Below are positions 1 to 12,100 of a stretch of DNA of 64,000 bases, one piece after another. Position 1 is the stretch's first letter; each line of letters opens with the position of its first letter. A model generated the notes under the pieces. It worked only from the letters and a program-made list of their open reading frames with translations, had not been told where the DNA came from and made no database searches. The position numbers and the translations under genes are program-made. Source of the stretch: Felis catus (Eukaryota); NCBI RefSeq assembly GCF_018350175.1, contig NC_058368.1, positions 51,771,815 through 51,835,814 on the forward strand, in the 5' to 3' direction.

Positions 1-69
1 AAGAAAAATCCATGACTTCCATGCTAATTTTTATTTAAAAGAGTATTTCAAATAGTCACCTCTTGTTTT

Positions 70-385
70 TCATATGTTGATGTGCGACTATGTGCATGCC
101 TACATGTGTCTACAGGCAAATAAATGTTTTATGTGTGTGTGTTTGCATGAATGTGCATATATGTACAGTTGCACCTTTGTATGTACACCAGTCCACATGC
201 ATATGAGTATGTGCATGTTTTTGCAAACGCACCTGTGTGTGATTGCATAACAATGCACGCATGCTGTGTATACGTGGATACGTGTATATCTATGCTTTTG
301 TATGTATATGAGTACATATGTACATGGATGTGTATGTGTGTGCACCCATGTCCAATGCTTGGGAGTATGCACAGTGTGTGTTTGT
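70..385. repeat. Degenerate alternating purine-pyrimidine (TG/CA/TA) tract
   Basis: tgtgtg/tgcatg/tatatg mosaic; source of the H/T/Y/V/C-rich spurious ORFs. Confidence 0.85.
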
Positions 386-456
386 GCTTGCTGAGAGCTT
401 TTAGGGACAGTAGTTGTCTTTTTCTTTTACTACGCATAATTAAGTTCTGTAGATCT

Positions 457-713
457 TTTATTTTTTTAACGTAAAAAAATCTTTTAATGTTTATTTATTT
501 TTGAGAGACAGAGACAGAGTATGAGTGGGGGAGGGGCAGAGAGAGAGGGAGACACAGAATCTGAAACAGGCTCCAGGCTCTGAGCTGTCAGCACAAAGCC
601 TGATGCAGGGCTCAAACTCACGAACCGTGAGATCATGACCTGAACTGAAGTCGGACGCTCAACTGACTGAGCCACCAAGGTGCCCCTAACTTTTTTTTTG
701 TTTATTTGTTTTT

Positions 714-746
<33 letters not shown>

Positions 747-915
747 TGCTCAAGCAGGGGAGGGACAGAGAGAGAGGGAGACAGAGAATCCCAAGGCAGG
801 CTCCAGGCTCTGAGCTGTCAGCACAGAGCCAGACATGGGGTTCGAACTCATGAACCACGAGATCATGACCTGAGCCGAAGTTGGACACTTAACTGACTGA
901 ACCACCCAGGCACCA
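457..915 (-). mobile_element. Two tandem Can-SINEs (SINEC_Fc type), ~465-686 and ~690-915
   Basis: tRNA-derived head, (CT)n and A tail in reverse; outer TSD CTGTA(G/T)ATCT at 447-456 and 916-925. Confidence 0.93.
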
Positions 916-1069
916 CTGTATATCTGTTAAAAGTAAAGCCAAATCCTGCTCCCTCTCTTATTTAAAAAAGTACAATATTTGTCCATTTCAGGTAGAATAC
1001 AATTCTAACCCTTAGCAATTGTCTTTCACTTGTTCAGTAAAGTCCAGCCAAACTGATCTTTTTTGTATT

Positions 1070-1420
1070 CCTGGCTCATTCCTGATTTAAGACTTCTGCA
1101 TATGCTATTCCCATTTTGGGACTGCTCTACCCTCATATTGTCACTTTCTCAAAGAAGTCATTTCTGACCACCAAATGTAATTGTCACCACCCCCTCCTCC
1201 AACCCCAGTTGTGTTCTGTGCCAGAACACAGGCACCAGGCACTCTCTAATTTTCTTCAGAGCATGTATTGTTATTTAGAATTGTGACATTCATTTATATG
1301 TTTGATTGTATATTGCCTGCCTCTTCCTGAGTTAGAATGGAAGCTTCATGAGGGCTAAGCCTATGTCTGTATTATTCACAGGTGTCCATAACTATTTGTG
1401 GATTGAAGGAATGAATAAAT
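1070..1420. mobile_element. L2-like ancient LINE 3' fragment
   Basis: tagaatggaagcttcatgaggg...tatttgtggattgaaggaatgaat. Confidence 0.55.
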
Positions 1421-1581
1421 ACTGAGGATGCGTACACTATGGGGCATTGATTCACATAGTTTAACTCAAAATATTATTTTAAATTACTGCATTAATTAGA
1501 ACACTCTTCTTTATTGATTTTATTTACTTTGAGATTTAAATAAACCCTCATTGATATATGTTTTATTTAATATGGTTAAAG

Positions 1582-1641
1582 AGATCAAGTTCTTGGCAAT
1601 ATAATCAAAGCTAACTCCAAAATCAACACAAGTATTACAAG
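1582..1641 (+). pseudogene. Degenerate SCEL repeat exon lacking the GT donor: DQVLGNIIKANSKINTSITR
   Basis: ggttaaag|A GAT CAA...ACA AG|ggagcg; exactly 60 nt, open in phase 2, repeat-like. Confidence 0.65.
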
Positions 1642-2069
1642 GGAGCGGTTGTAATGCTTACTGTTGTGTTATTTTTTTGAGTACTCAAATGTGAAAATAG
1701 AATCCTGGAATATTTTTTCTCTGACTCTGGAATTTAAATCTCACATACTTCATTTAGGCAAAAATCAACAAGAGGTAAAAAAAAAAAAACCCACATCAAC
1801 AAGGGGGTGTTCTGGGGTAGAATAGTTGGTTCTTTCAGGTTGTTTCATTTTGCATAAAAAAAGTCCACACATTTTTTTTTTGTTGCTGCTTTTAGCCTGG
1901 GTATATACATTCTCAGATATCTGGATAAAAGTAAAATCTTAAGTCAACATCTAGTTGCTTCAAAATACCTGTATCTGTGATGTTGTATACATGCAACCTC
2001 AGAGACTGTGATACAATCTTAGTAGGGTCACAGAGCATGGAGAAACAGGGTATAAAAGTACCTTCTTTA

Positions 2070-2279
2070 GAGGAGCCTGGGTGGCTCAGTTGGTTAAACT
2101 CCCGACTCTTGATTTTGACTCAAGTCATGATCTCACAGTTCGTAGGATTGAGTCCCACATCAGGCTCTGCGCTGACAGCATGGACCCTGCTTGGGATTTT
2201 CTCCCTCTCTCTACCCTTCCTGTGCATATTCCCTCTTTCTCTCTCTCTCTCTCTTGAAATAAATAAATAAACATTTTTA
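2070..2279 (+). mobile_element. Can-SINE
   Basis: gcctgggtggctcagttggtt...(CT)n...aaataaataa; TSD AAAAG(T/C)ACCTTCT. Confidence 0.92.
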
Positions 2280-3080
2280 AAAAGCACCTTCTGCGGATGT
2301 CCTTTACCCATGTGGCATCCTCTGTAGGTCACAGGGCTATTGGCTTGTGCTGCGTATGTGGAAAACAGAAACAATAAGAAAAGCAAAATTCCATTAAGAT
2401 TAGAAACAGAATATTAAAAGATAACAACAAAATACTGACATGTTTTTAATGACTACATGGGGTTTTTTATTATAGTAAATATATCTTACATTTCAGAACT
2501 CTATAGATTTTAATCTTCCTATTGTTTGTTGCCAATGCAACTACTCAAAATTTGTAGTTTTAACACATATTTATAAATGCCAGATAGATACCAGGTTCTA
2601 TATCACGGACTTTAACAAACTGGTATATTAATCTTCATCCAGTCTTGTGAATAGAAAACCTACTAATAAATGTCAATTTTTCAAAATATGGATTCTTCAA
2701 GGTTAATTTTAAATTCCCACAGCATATTGGAAGTTGATATTAAGATGATGTGGCTTCTGGAATGTTCCATGAGATGCATATACAGACTATTAGAAAATGT
2801 TTAGCGCACCTGGCAAAGGTTAGGAGCATGACATTAAACGAATCACAATAGAGACAGAGTTCAGTGCAGTATTTGTGACTGGCCTAAAGTCGCCAAGATT
2901 AAAATATTGTCTCACTGAATCTCAGAGATGTATAAATCCCTACATAGTCAACTTTAACATTATTCCATTCTTTGGCATGATCTCAGTAAATGTTAATAAA
3001 GTTTCTGAGTTTTAATAAATAGTTTTCATCATTTGGTGTTAATCTATCACTAACCTCACCGTTTCTTCAATGTTTTAAAG

Positions 3081-3140
3081 GGGCCAGAGCCTTGACAATC
3101 TCATCAACGTGACCCCTGAAGTAAACAGAAGTAATGCAGG
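3081..3140 (+). CDS. SCEL: SCEL repeat exon (60 nt, phase 2-2): [20 protein letters not shown]
   Basis: ttttaaag|G GGC CAG...GCA GG|gtgaag; repeat consensus. Confidence 0.92.
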
Positions 3141-6100
3141 GTGAAGATTATGTCTTATCTTTCTTCCTTCCCTGACTGCATCAATTTGTGGCCCTCATCA
3201 GAGAAGCTATATAGAAAAATCTTTGCATTGGAATCAGCAAGTCTGAAATCCATTACTTCCCAGCTGGGTGCCTTTGAGCAAGTCCCTTGAACACTCTGAG
3301 CTGAGGCTTCTTTAGTCATAAAATGAGGGTCATGTCTGTTCTACCATTGTCACTTGATTGTTGAAGGATCAAATGACATAATGGATATAAAATCCCTTTA
3401 AAGCAAGAAAGCACCAAAAATGGAAATTATTACCAAAATATAGTTAAGTAACAGCTACAGTGTTGGATTAAATACTTGGGAGGTGTGTGAAAGTTTTTGC
3501 AAATCACTATATTGTTCCTGATTGATTTTTTAAAAACTCAATATTGCCCTGATATTATGGTTTTATTTTGAGGGTAAATAAGAATCTGAGCCAGTATATC
3601 GATGATCTATATGGAAGTCAAAATTGTACTTTTTAAAATTAAGGCCATAGACTGGTATTGATTTCTCTTAAAACTTAATAGAAAAATTCATCTTGAGCAT
3701 ATATATCTTTTAAATAAATACTTAGTTGATTTAATTCCATTTTTACTTATCATTTTTTTTTGTTTAAGTTCCAAAGATCTTGATAACCTCATCAAAGTGG
3801 TTCCGAGAACAGGAAAAAGTGTGCAAGGGTAAGTTTTAATATGCTTCTTTTTTTTTTGTTTTTGTTTCACACATATCAATGCTTGAAAAGATAATTAAAT
3901 TAATATTTTAAGAGACTGACACTGAGGTCAATGATAGTTTAAGAATGTGACCTCCCTGAACTCATGTCTGAAATGGTTAACTAGAGAATAGCTGAACTAG
4001 AAGATAAATTTATGGAAAAAGGAGAAGCTGAGAAAAAGAGAGATAAAAAATCCAGGAGTATGAGGGGAAAATTAGAGAACTAAGTGATGCACTAAAGAGA
4101 AATAATCTACATAAAATTGGTATTCCAGAGGAGGAAGAGAGAGGGAAAGGTACTGAAGGTGTACTTGAAGAAATAATAGCTGAGAACTTCCCTGATCTGG
4201 GGAAGGAAAAAGGCATTGAAAGCCAAGAGGCATAGAGAACTCCCTTCAGATGTAACTTGAATTGATCTTCTGCATGACATACCATAGTGAAACTGGCAAA
4301 TACAAGGATAAAGAGAAAATTCTGAAAGCAGCTAGGGATAAACGTGCTCTAACATATAAAGGGAGACTGATAAGACTCGTGACAGATCTCTCTGCTGAAA
4401 CTTGGCAGGCCAGAAAGGAATGGCAGGAAATCTTCAATGTGTTGAACAGAAAAAATATGCAGCCGAGAATCCTTTATCCAGCAAATCTGTCATTTAGAAT
4501 AGAAGGAGAGATAAAGGTCTTCCCAAACAAACAAAAACTGAAGGAATTCATCACCACTAAACCAGCCTTACAACAGATCCTAAGGGGGATTCTGTGAGAC
4601 AAAGTACCAGAGACATCACTACAAGCATGAAACCTACAGACATCACAATGACTCTAAACCCATATCTTTCTATAATAACACTGAATGTAAATGGACTAAA
4701 TGCACCAACCAAAAGACATAGGGTATCAGAATGGATAAATAAAACAAGAGCCATCTATTTGCAAGATGGACTCTACAAGAGACTCATTTTAGACCTGAGG
4801 ACACCTTCAGATTGAAAATGAGGGGATGGAGAACTATTTATCATGCTACTGGAAGTCAAAAGAAAGCTGGAGTAGCCATACCTATATCAGACAAACTAGA
4901 CTTTAAATTAAAGCCTGTAACAAGAGATGAAGGAGGGCATTATATAATAATTACAGGGTCTATCCATCAAGAAGAACTAAATAAATGTCTATGTGCCGAA
5001 TATGGGAGTCCCCAAATATATAAAACAATTACTCACAAACATAAGCAACCTTATTGACAAGAATGTGGTAATTGCAAGGAACTTTAATACACCACTTACA
5101 ACAATGGAAAGATCATCTAGACACATGGTCAATAAGGAAACAAGGGCCCTGAATGATACATTGGATCAGATGGACTTGACAGATATATTTAGAACTCTGC
5201 ATCCCAAAGCAACAGAGGATACTTTCTTCTTGAGTGCACATGGAACATTCTCCAAGATAGATCACATACTGGGTCACAAAACAGCCCTTCATAAGTATAC
5301 AAGAATTGAGATCATACCATGCATACTTTTGGACCACAATGCTATGAAGCTTGAAATCAACCACAGGAAAAAGTCTGGAAAACCTCCAAAAGCATGGAGG
5401 TTAAAAAACACACTACTAAAGAATGAGTGGGTCAACCAGGCAATTAAAGAAGAAATTTAAAAATATATGGAAAGAAATGAAAATGAAAATACAACAATCC
5501 AAATGCTTTGGGATGCAGCAAAGGCAGTCCTGAGAGGAAAATACATTGCAATCCAGGCCTATCGCCAGAAACAAGAAAAATCCCAAATACAAAATCTAAC
5601 AGCACACCTAAAGGAAATTGAAGCAGAGCAGCAAAGACACCCTAAACCCAGCAGAAGAAGAGAAATAATAAAGATCAGAGCAGAAATAAACAATATAGAA
5701 TCTAAAAAAAAACTGTAGAGCAGATCAATGAAACCAAGAGTTGGTTTTTTGAAAAAATAAACAAAATTGATAAACCTCTAGCCAGGCTTCTCAAAAAGAA
5801 AAGGGAGATGACCCAAATAGATAAAATCATGAATGAAAATGGAATTATTACAACCAGTCCCTCAGAAATACAAGCAATGATCAGGGAATACAATGAAAAA
5901 TTATATGCCAAAAAACTGGACAACCTGGAAGAAATGGACAAATTCCCAAACACCCACACACTTCCAAAACTTAAACAGGAGGAAATAGAAAGCTTGAACA
6001 GACCCATAACCAGCAAAGAAATTGAATCAGTTATCAAAAATCTCCCAACAAATAAGAGTCCAGGACCAGATGGCTTCCCTGGGGAATTCTACCAGACACT

Positions 6101-9100
6101 TAAAGCGGAGATAATACCTATCCTTCTCAAGCTATTCCAAAAAATAGAAAGGGAAGGAAAACTTCCAGACTCATTCTATGAAGTCAATATTACTTTGATT
6201 CCTAAACCAGACAGAGACCCAGTAAAAAAAGAGAACTACAGACCAATATCCCTGATGAATATGGATGCAAAAGTTCAACAATATACTAGCAAATCGAATT
6301 CAACAGCATATAAAAAGAATTATTCACCATGATCAAGTGGGATTCATTCCTGGGATGCAGGGCTGGTTCAACATTCGCAAATCAATCAACGTGATACATC
6401 ACATTAATAAAAGAAAAGATAAGAACCATATGATCCTGTCAATCGATGCAGAAAAAGCATTTGACAAAATTCAGCATCGTTTCTTAATAAAAACCCTCGA
6501 GAAAGTCGGGATAGAAGGAACATACTTAACCATCATAAAAGCCATTTATGAAAAGCCCACAGCTAATATCATCCTCAATGGGGAAAAACTGAGAGCTTTC
6601 CCTCTGAGATCAGGAACACAACGGGGATGTCCACTCTCACCGCTGTTGTTTAACATAGTGTTGGAAGTGCTAGCATCAGCAATCAGACAACAAAAGGAAA
6701 TCAAAGGCATCAAAATTGGCAAATTTTGCAAAGCTTTCACTTTTTGCAGATAAATCATATTATATATGGAAAACCCGATAGACTCCACCAAAAGTCTGGT
6801 AGAACTGATACATTAATTCAGTAAAGTCGCAGGATACAAAATCAATGTACAGAAATCAGCTGCATTCTTAGATACTAATAATGAAGCAACAGAAAGACAA
6901 ATAAAGAAACTGATCCCATTCACAATTGCACCAAGAAGCATAAAATACCTAGGAATAAATCTAACCAAAGATGTAAAAGATCTGTATGCTGAAAACTATA
7001 GAAAGCTTATGAAGGAAACTGAAGAAGATATAAAGAAATGGAAAAACATTCCGTGCTCATGGGTTGGAAGAATAAATATTGTTAAAATATCAATACTACC
7101 CAAAGCAATCTACACATTCAATGCAATCCCAATCAAAATTGCACCAGCATTCTTCTTGAAGCTAGAACAAGCAATCCTAAAATTCACATGGAACCACAAA
7201 AGGCCCCGAACAGCCAAAGTAATTTTGAAGAAGACCAAAGCAGGAGGCATCACAATCCCAGACTTTAGCCTCTACTACAAAGCTGTAATCATCAAGACAG
7301 CATGGTATTGGCACAAAAACAGACATATAGACCAATGGAATAGAATAGAAACCCCAGAACTAGACCCACAAAAGTATGGCCAACTCATCTTTGACGAAGC
7401 GGGAAAGAATATCCAATGGAAAAAAGTCTCTTGAACAAATGGTGCTGAGAGAACTGGACAGCAATATGCAGAAGAATGAAACTAGACCACTTTCTTACAC
7501 CATTCGCAAAAATAAACTCAAAATGGATAAAGGACCTGAATGTGAGACAGGAAACCATCAAAACACTAGAGGAGAAAGCAGGAAAAGACCTCTCTGACCT
7601 CAGCCGTAGCAATCTCTTACTCGACACATCCCCAAAGGCAAGGGAATTAAAAGCAAAAATGGACTATTGGGACCTCATGAAGATAAAAAGCTTCTGCACA
7701 GCAAAGGAAACAATCAACAAAACTAAAAGGCAACCAATGGAATGGGAAAAGATATTTTCAAATGACATATTGGACAAAGGGCTAGTATCCAAAATCTATA
7801 GAGAGCTCACCAAACTCCACACCTGAAAAACAAATAATCCAGTGAAGAAATGGGCAGAAAACATGAATAGACACTTCTCTAAAGAAGACATCCAGATGGC
7901 CAACAGACACATGAAAAGATCCTCAACGTTGCTCCTTATCAGGGAAATAGAAATCAAAACCACACTCAGATATCACCTCACGCCAGTCAGAGTGGCCAAA
8001 ATGAACAAATCAGGAGACTATAGATGCTGGCGAGGATGTGGAGAAACGGGAACCCTCTTGCACTGTTGGTGGGAATGCAAACTGGTGCTGCCACTCTGGA
8101 AAACAGTGTGGAGGTTCCTCAAAAAATTAAAAATAGACCTACCCTAAGACCCAGCAATAGCACTGCTAGGAATTTACCCAAGGGATACAGGAGAACTGAT
8201 GCATAGGGGCACTTGTAACCCAATGTTTATCACTCTCAACAATAGCCAAATTGTGGAAAAAGCCTAAATGTCCATCAACTGATGAATGGATAAAGAAATT
8301 GTGGTTTATATACACAATGGAGTACTATGTGGCAATGAGAAAGAATGAAATATGGCCCTTTGTAGCAACGTGGATGGAACTGGAGGGTGTGATGCTAAGT
8401 GAAATAAGCCATACAGAGACAGACAGATACCATATGTTTTCACTCTTATATGGATCCTGAGAAACTTAACAGAAACCCATGGGGGAGGGGAAGGAAAAAA
8501 AAATGAGGTTAGAGTGGGAGAGAGCCAAACCATGAGAGACTCTTAAAAACTGAAAACAAACTGAGGGTTGATGGGGGGGGAGGGTGGGAGGGAGGGTAGG
8601 GTAGGTGATGGGCATTGAAGAGGGCATCTTTTGGGATGAGCACTGGGTGTTGTATGGAAACCAATTTTACAATAAATTTCATATATTAAAAAAAATAATA
8701 AAATGGTTAACTAAGTTTTAATATAATGGAGGTAACTTTGATTAGTTAGATGCACAGTTGATTTCCAAGAATGGACATGACACTTAATTGTTTTGTTCTT
8801 TTTCTTTTCTTTTTTTTAAAGTTTATTTATTTTGAGAGAGAGAACATGTGTGTGTGGACATGAGTGGGGGAGGGGCAGAGAGAGAGGGAAAGAGAGCGTT
8901 CTAAGCAGGCTCCAAGCTGCCAGCACAGAGCCTGATGTGGGGCTCAATCTCACGACCCACTGTGAGATCATGAACTGAGCCGAAATCAAGAGTTGGATGC
9001 TTAACTGACTTAGCTACCCAGGCGTCCCAATTTGTATATTTTTCTTAAGCAGAGGATGGCATAGAAGAGGTGAAAGAGAACTAAATGGGAGACTATAGAT

Positions 9101-12100
9101 TTGGATCTAGGTCTGGCTCTGCCCTCACTAACCGTGTGAAATGTAGTTGGTCACTTCTATTTGGGCTGCAGTGTTCTTGTCCTCACAATAAGGAAATTGG
9201 ACCAGGTGCTGTCTCGTCACTCCAATGCTAATTCAATTACTAAGTTCCAGTACAATGGTTGGTATCATGGAATCACGGTATCATGGAAAGTTGGTATCAT
9301 GGAATCTAACTCTTGAGTTAGATTACTTCACTTTCACTTAATCTTTCTGTGTCTGTGTCTCAGTTTTTCCCTTTGTGAATATGGGATGATAATACTTCCT
9401 ATATTGGATGATTGATTAAATTATATAAATCTTGTGAATCACTTGAACAGTGCCTGGCATATCATGAATTTTCTAAAACCATTGATTATTTTTTATTACT
9501 TCTATGCAGCTGTAGTTATGTCCAAATATATATATTCGTAGGACTGAAAATTCCAATCCTTTGAGATGAACTCTATATTTATAAATATTTTACAATAAAA
9601 TATTTTTACAATATAAAATGGTTCTCAGTTTTAACAAATATTTGCAACCACATGATATAAATCAACCACTGATCTGATCACTTCTTCCATGTTTAAAGGG
9701 GCCACAGTCTTGACAGTCTCATCAAAGTGGCTCCCGAAACAAACAGAACTAACCAAAGGTGAGGTTCGTGGAACTCTTCTGTACCTCTGTGTTTTTCTGT
9801 TTAACTTAAAAAAATGTAATAAAACTCATTGTCCCACCATGGAGACAGCCAGTGATGGGACCAAAAATCAACAGCTGTGTTAGAAACCTGGTGTTCAGGT
9901 CCTTGCTCAGGGCTCCCAGGCCGTGAGCTTTAATGGAGGATAGAGAATTTCTTATAATGTCTCTTATCAGTATGCAATTGTGCTTGGGATTTCAACATAA
10001 TTCTATTTCAGTATAATAGTTCCACATAATACGTTGCAATCATTTACATGAAAGGGCCTGTGTGTGATTAAATTAGTTTATGAGTTAACTGGAAAGATTA
10101 ATTAAATGATACAAACATTTCTGGCCTTTTTTTCTCTTCAGGGTATATAGCATATTGTACAATAATAAGGTATACCACATTAACCTTCTTGTTTAGGCTT
10201 TTGGTGTTAATGTTGGTATGAAAGCCCATTGTTATAATAATGTGTCTTTAGAGCTATGATTATTCATTTGAGTGTTTAGAATAAAAGCAATTTATGTAAT
10301 CTGAAGTCTTGCTTGTTCTGATTTAGCACTACATGAAGTGCAATTCTGAAGTGATTTAATTAATATCTTAGAGTAGCTTCAATGTTACAGATTCATGTTA
10401 TATATATTACCTGCATACCTTAAATCAGGAAGTAACTGTTTTTTAAAAGTCCTAGGTTATGTTGTTTTGCTTGCTTGCTTTTGTTTTTGTTGTTTTTGGA
10501 GGGGATGGAAATGGGGAACACATGGAAATGATAAATCTTATATGTTTATATTTTTCTTTTGTTTGTTACAACCTCCCAAAACATCCTAAATGCTAATTCT
10601 GCTACAAAATATAATGTGGAAAGTGAAAAGCTCAAGAGTAATTTAAATTTGGGGTTGTCTTGAAAGAAACAAGAATAAAACTAAATTCTCATATGTACAT
10701 AATTGTGTAAGAAATGAATTCACAGCCACCTGCTTTTACATAGGGCTAAAAAGAATTCAAGTAATGATGAAGTTTTAAGTTGGCAACAATTATTTAATTT
10801 AATATTCAAGTTGAAAAAAATGTACACATTATTATTGATTTTAGTTGATTTTACCACCTATTGCAACTTGCAACATTTTTTTAGGATCCAAACTCATTCC
10901 CTCAGCATACACAAGGTAGGTTTTACCAAGATTACTGAGACTTTTGAGCAAGTCTCCAATTTCTGCCAAAAAATAAGATTAATCATTTGGCTAAAGGCAT
11001 TCTGAAAGAGGACATGAAAAAAAATGAGAACAAATTGATTTATTGATATGTAGTGGTGTTGGATTTTTTCATTGTTTCAATTTACTTTACTATGGTATTG
11101 AAGCAAATTCTTTATAATTACCATTTGAGAAATTCATTTTGACACAATAATAGCATAACTAGATCATTACTGTAAATTCATAGTAAATTAATTGTAAATT
11201 CATAAAGCCGGATAAAACAAAGAATATTGGCTTTCTACTCTTTCACAAACCCAAAGATTGATCTCTAAATGACTCGAGAAAGTTGGTGGCATGCATAACA
11301 TTCCTATACTATTCTTATTCTTATACTAGAATATTTTTGGATGACATTGAATATATTTCTGTCTTCTTGGGGAGTTAAGACTCATCGTATATGGGGTCAA
11401 AAGTCAAGAAATGCATACCAGAATAAGTCCAAGCTCCCTCTCAGGATTACTGCGATGACATTGGTGAAGAGCATGGTGGAGATGTAAGCAGTTACTGTGG
11501 ACAGAGAGAAAGGATGATAGTGGGAAGGAGCGTGAGGTTTGGGGTCCAGTTGCTATGGTTTCAAACCTGGTTCATTCTTAATCACTTCTTCCTACCTGCC
11601 CCCAAAGAGTGCCCTACCTTCCAGGAAGCTCGGTTTCTTTATTTGTAAAGGGAAGATGGTGATATCTACCTCAGTGGGTTGTTTTGAGGATTTTAAAAAC
11701 TTTGGGAAGTAGAAACTCAGTACACTTGTTACTTTTATCTAGGATCCCATTGTATGATTTACATGTGTCAAAAGAAAAAAATGTCAGTCATAAAATTTGC
11801 TGGTTTCCAGCTGAATTTGACCTTTTATTTTATTTTGTTTTAGCAGTAAAGCAAGTCTTGATGAACTTATTAATGTAGGCCCCAAAGCTGTCAAAAACAT
11901 GGCCGGGTAAGAGAAAGATGTTAATTTGTTTTGTTTTATTGTGTTTTGTTTTTCCTCTTAAAACACAATACAAATGTAAATAATTTGTAGTCATTCTGTG
12001 GGCAAACTGAATATAGGTCTTGAAAAACCATCATGATTTTGATATATTCCTGGAAATAAATATCTATTTGTTCCTAGCAAGAAAGAGAGGTAACTGAAGA

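Noticed and set aside
100..474. Three overlapping 90-107 aa ORFs rich in H/T/Y/V/C
   Set aside because: They are translations of a degenerate TG/CA/TA tract, which lacks stops by composition. The same applies to 34271-34498 and 62792-63149.
484..888. 134-aa ORF and similar '[16 protein letters not shown]' ORFs
   Set aside because: These are recurrent translations of Can-SINE consensus sequence.
4262..8460. Active LINE-1 or a domesticated reverse transcriptase gene
   Set aside because: The 5' UTR and ORF1 start are missing, ORF2 has multiple frameshifts and stops, and the FADD motif is mutated.
9259..9306. CRISPR-like repeat-spacer pattern
   Set aside because: 12-nt repeats with 4-nt gaps in mammalian DNA and no cas genes; it is a simple tandem repeat.
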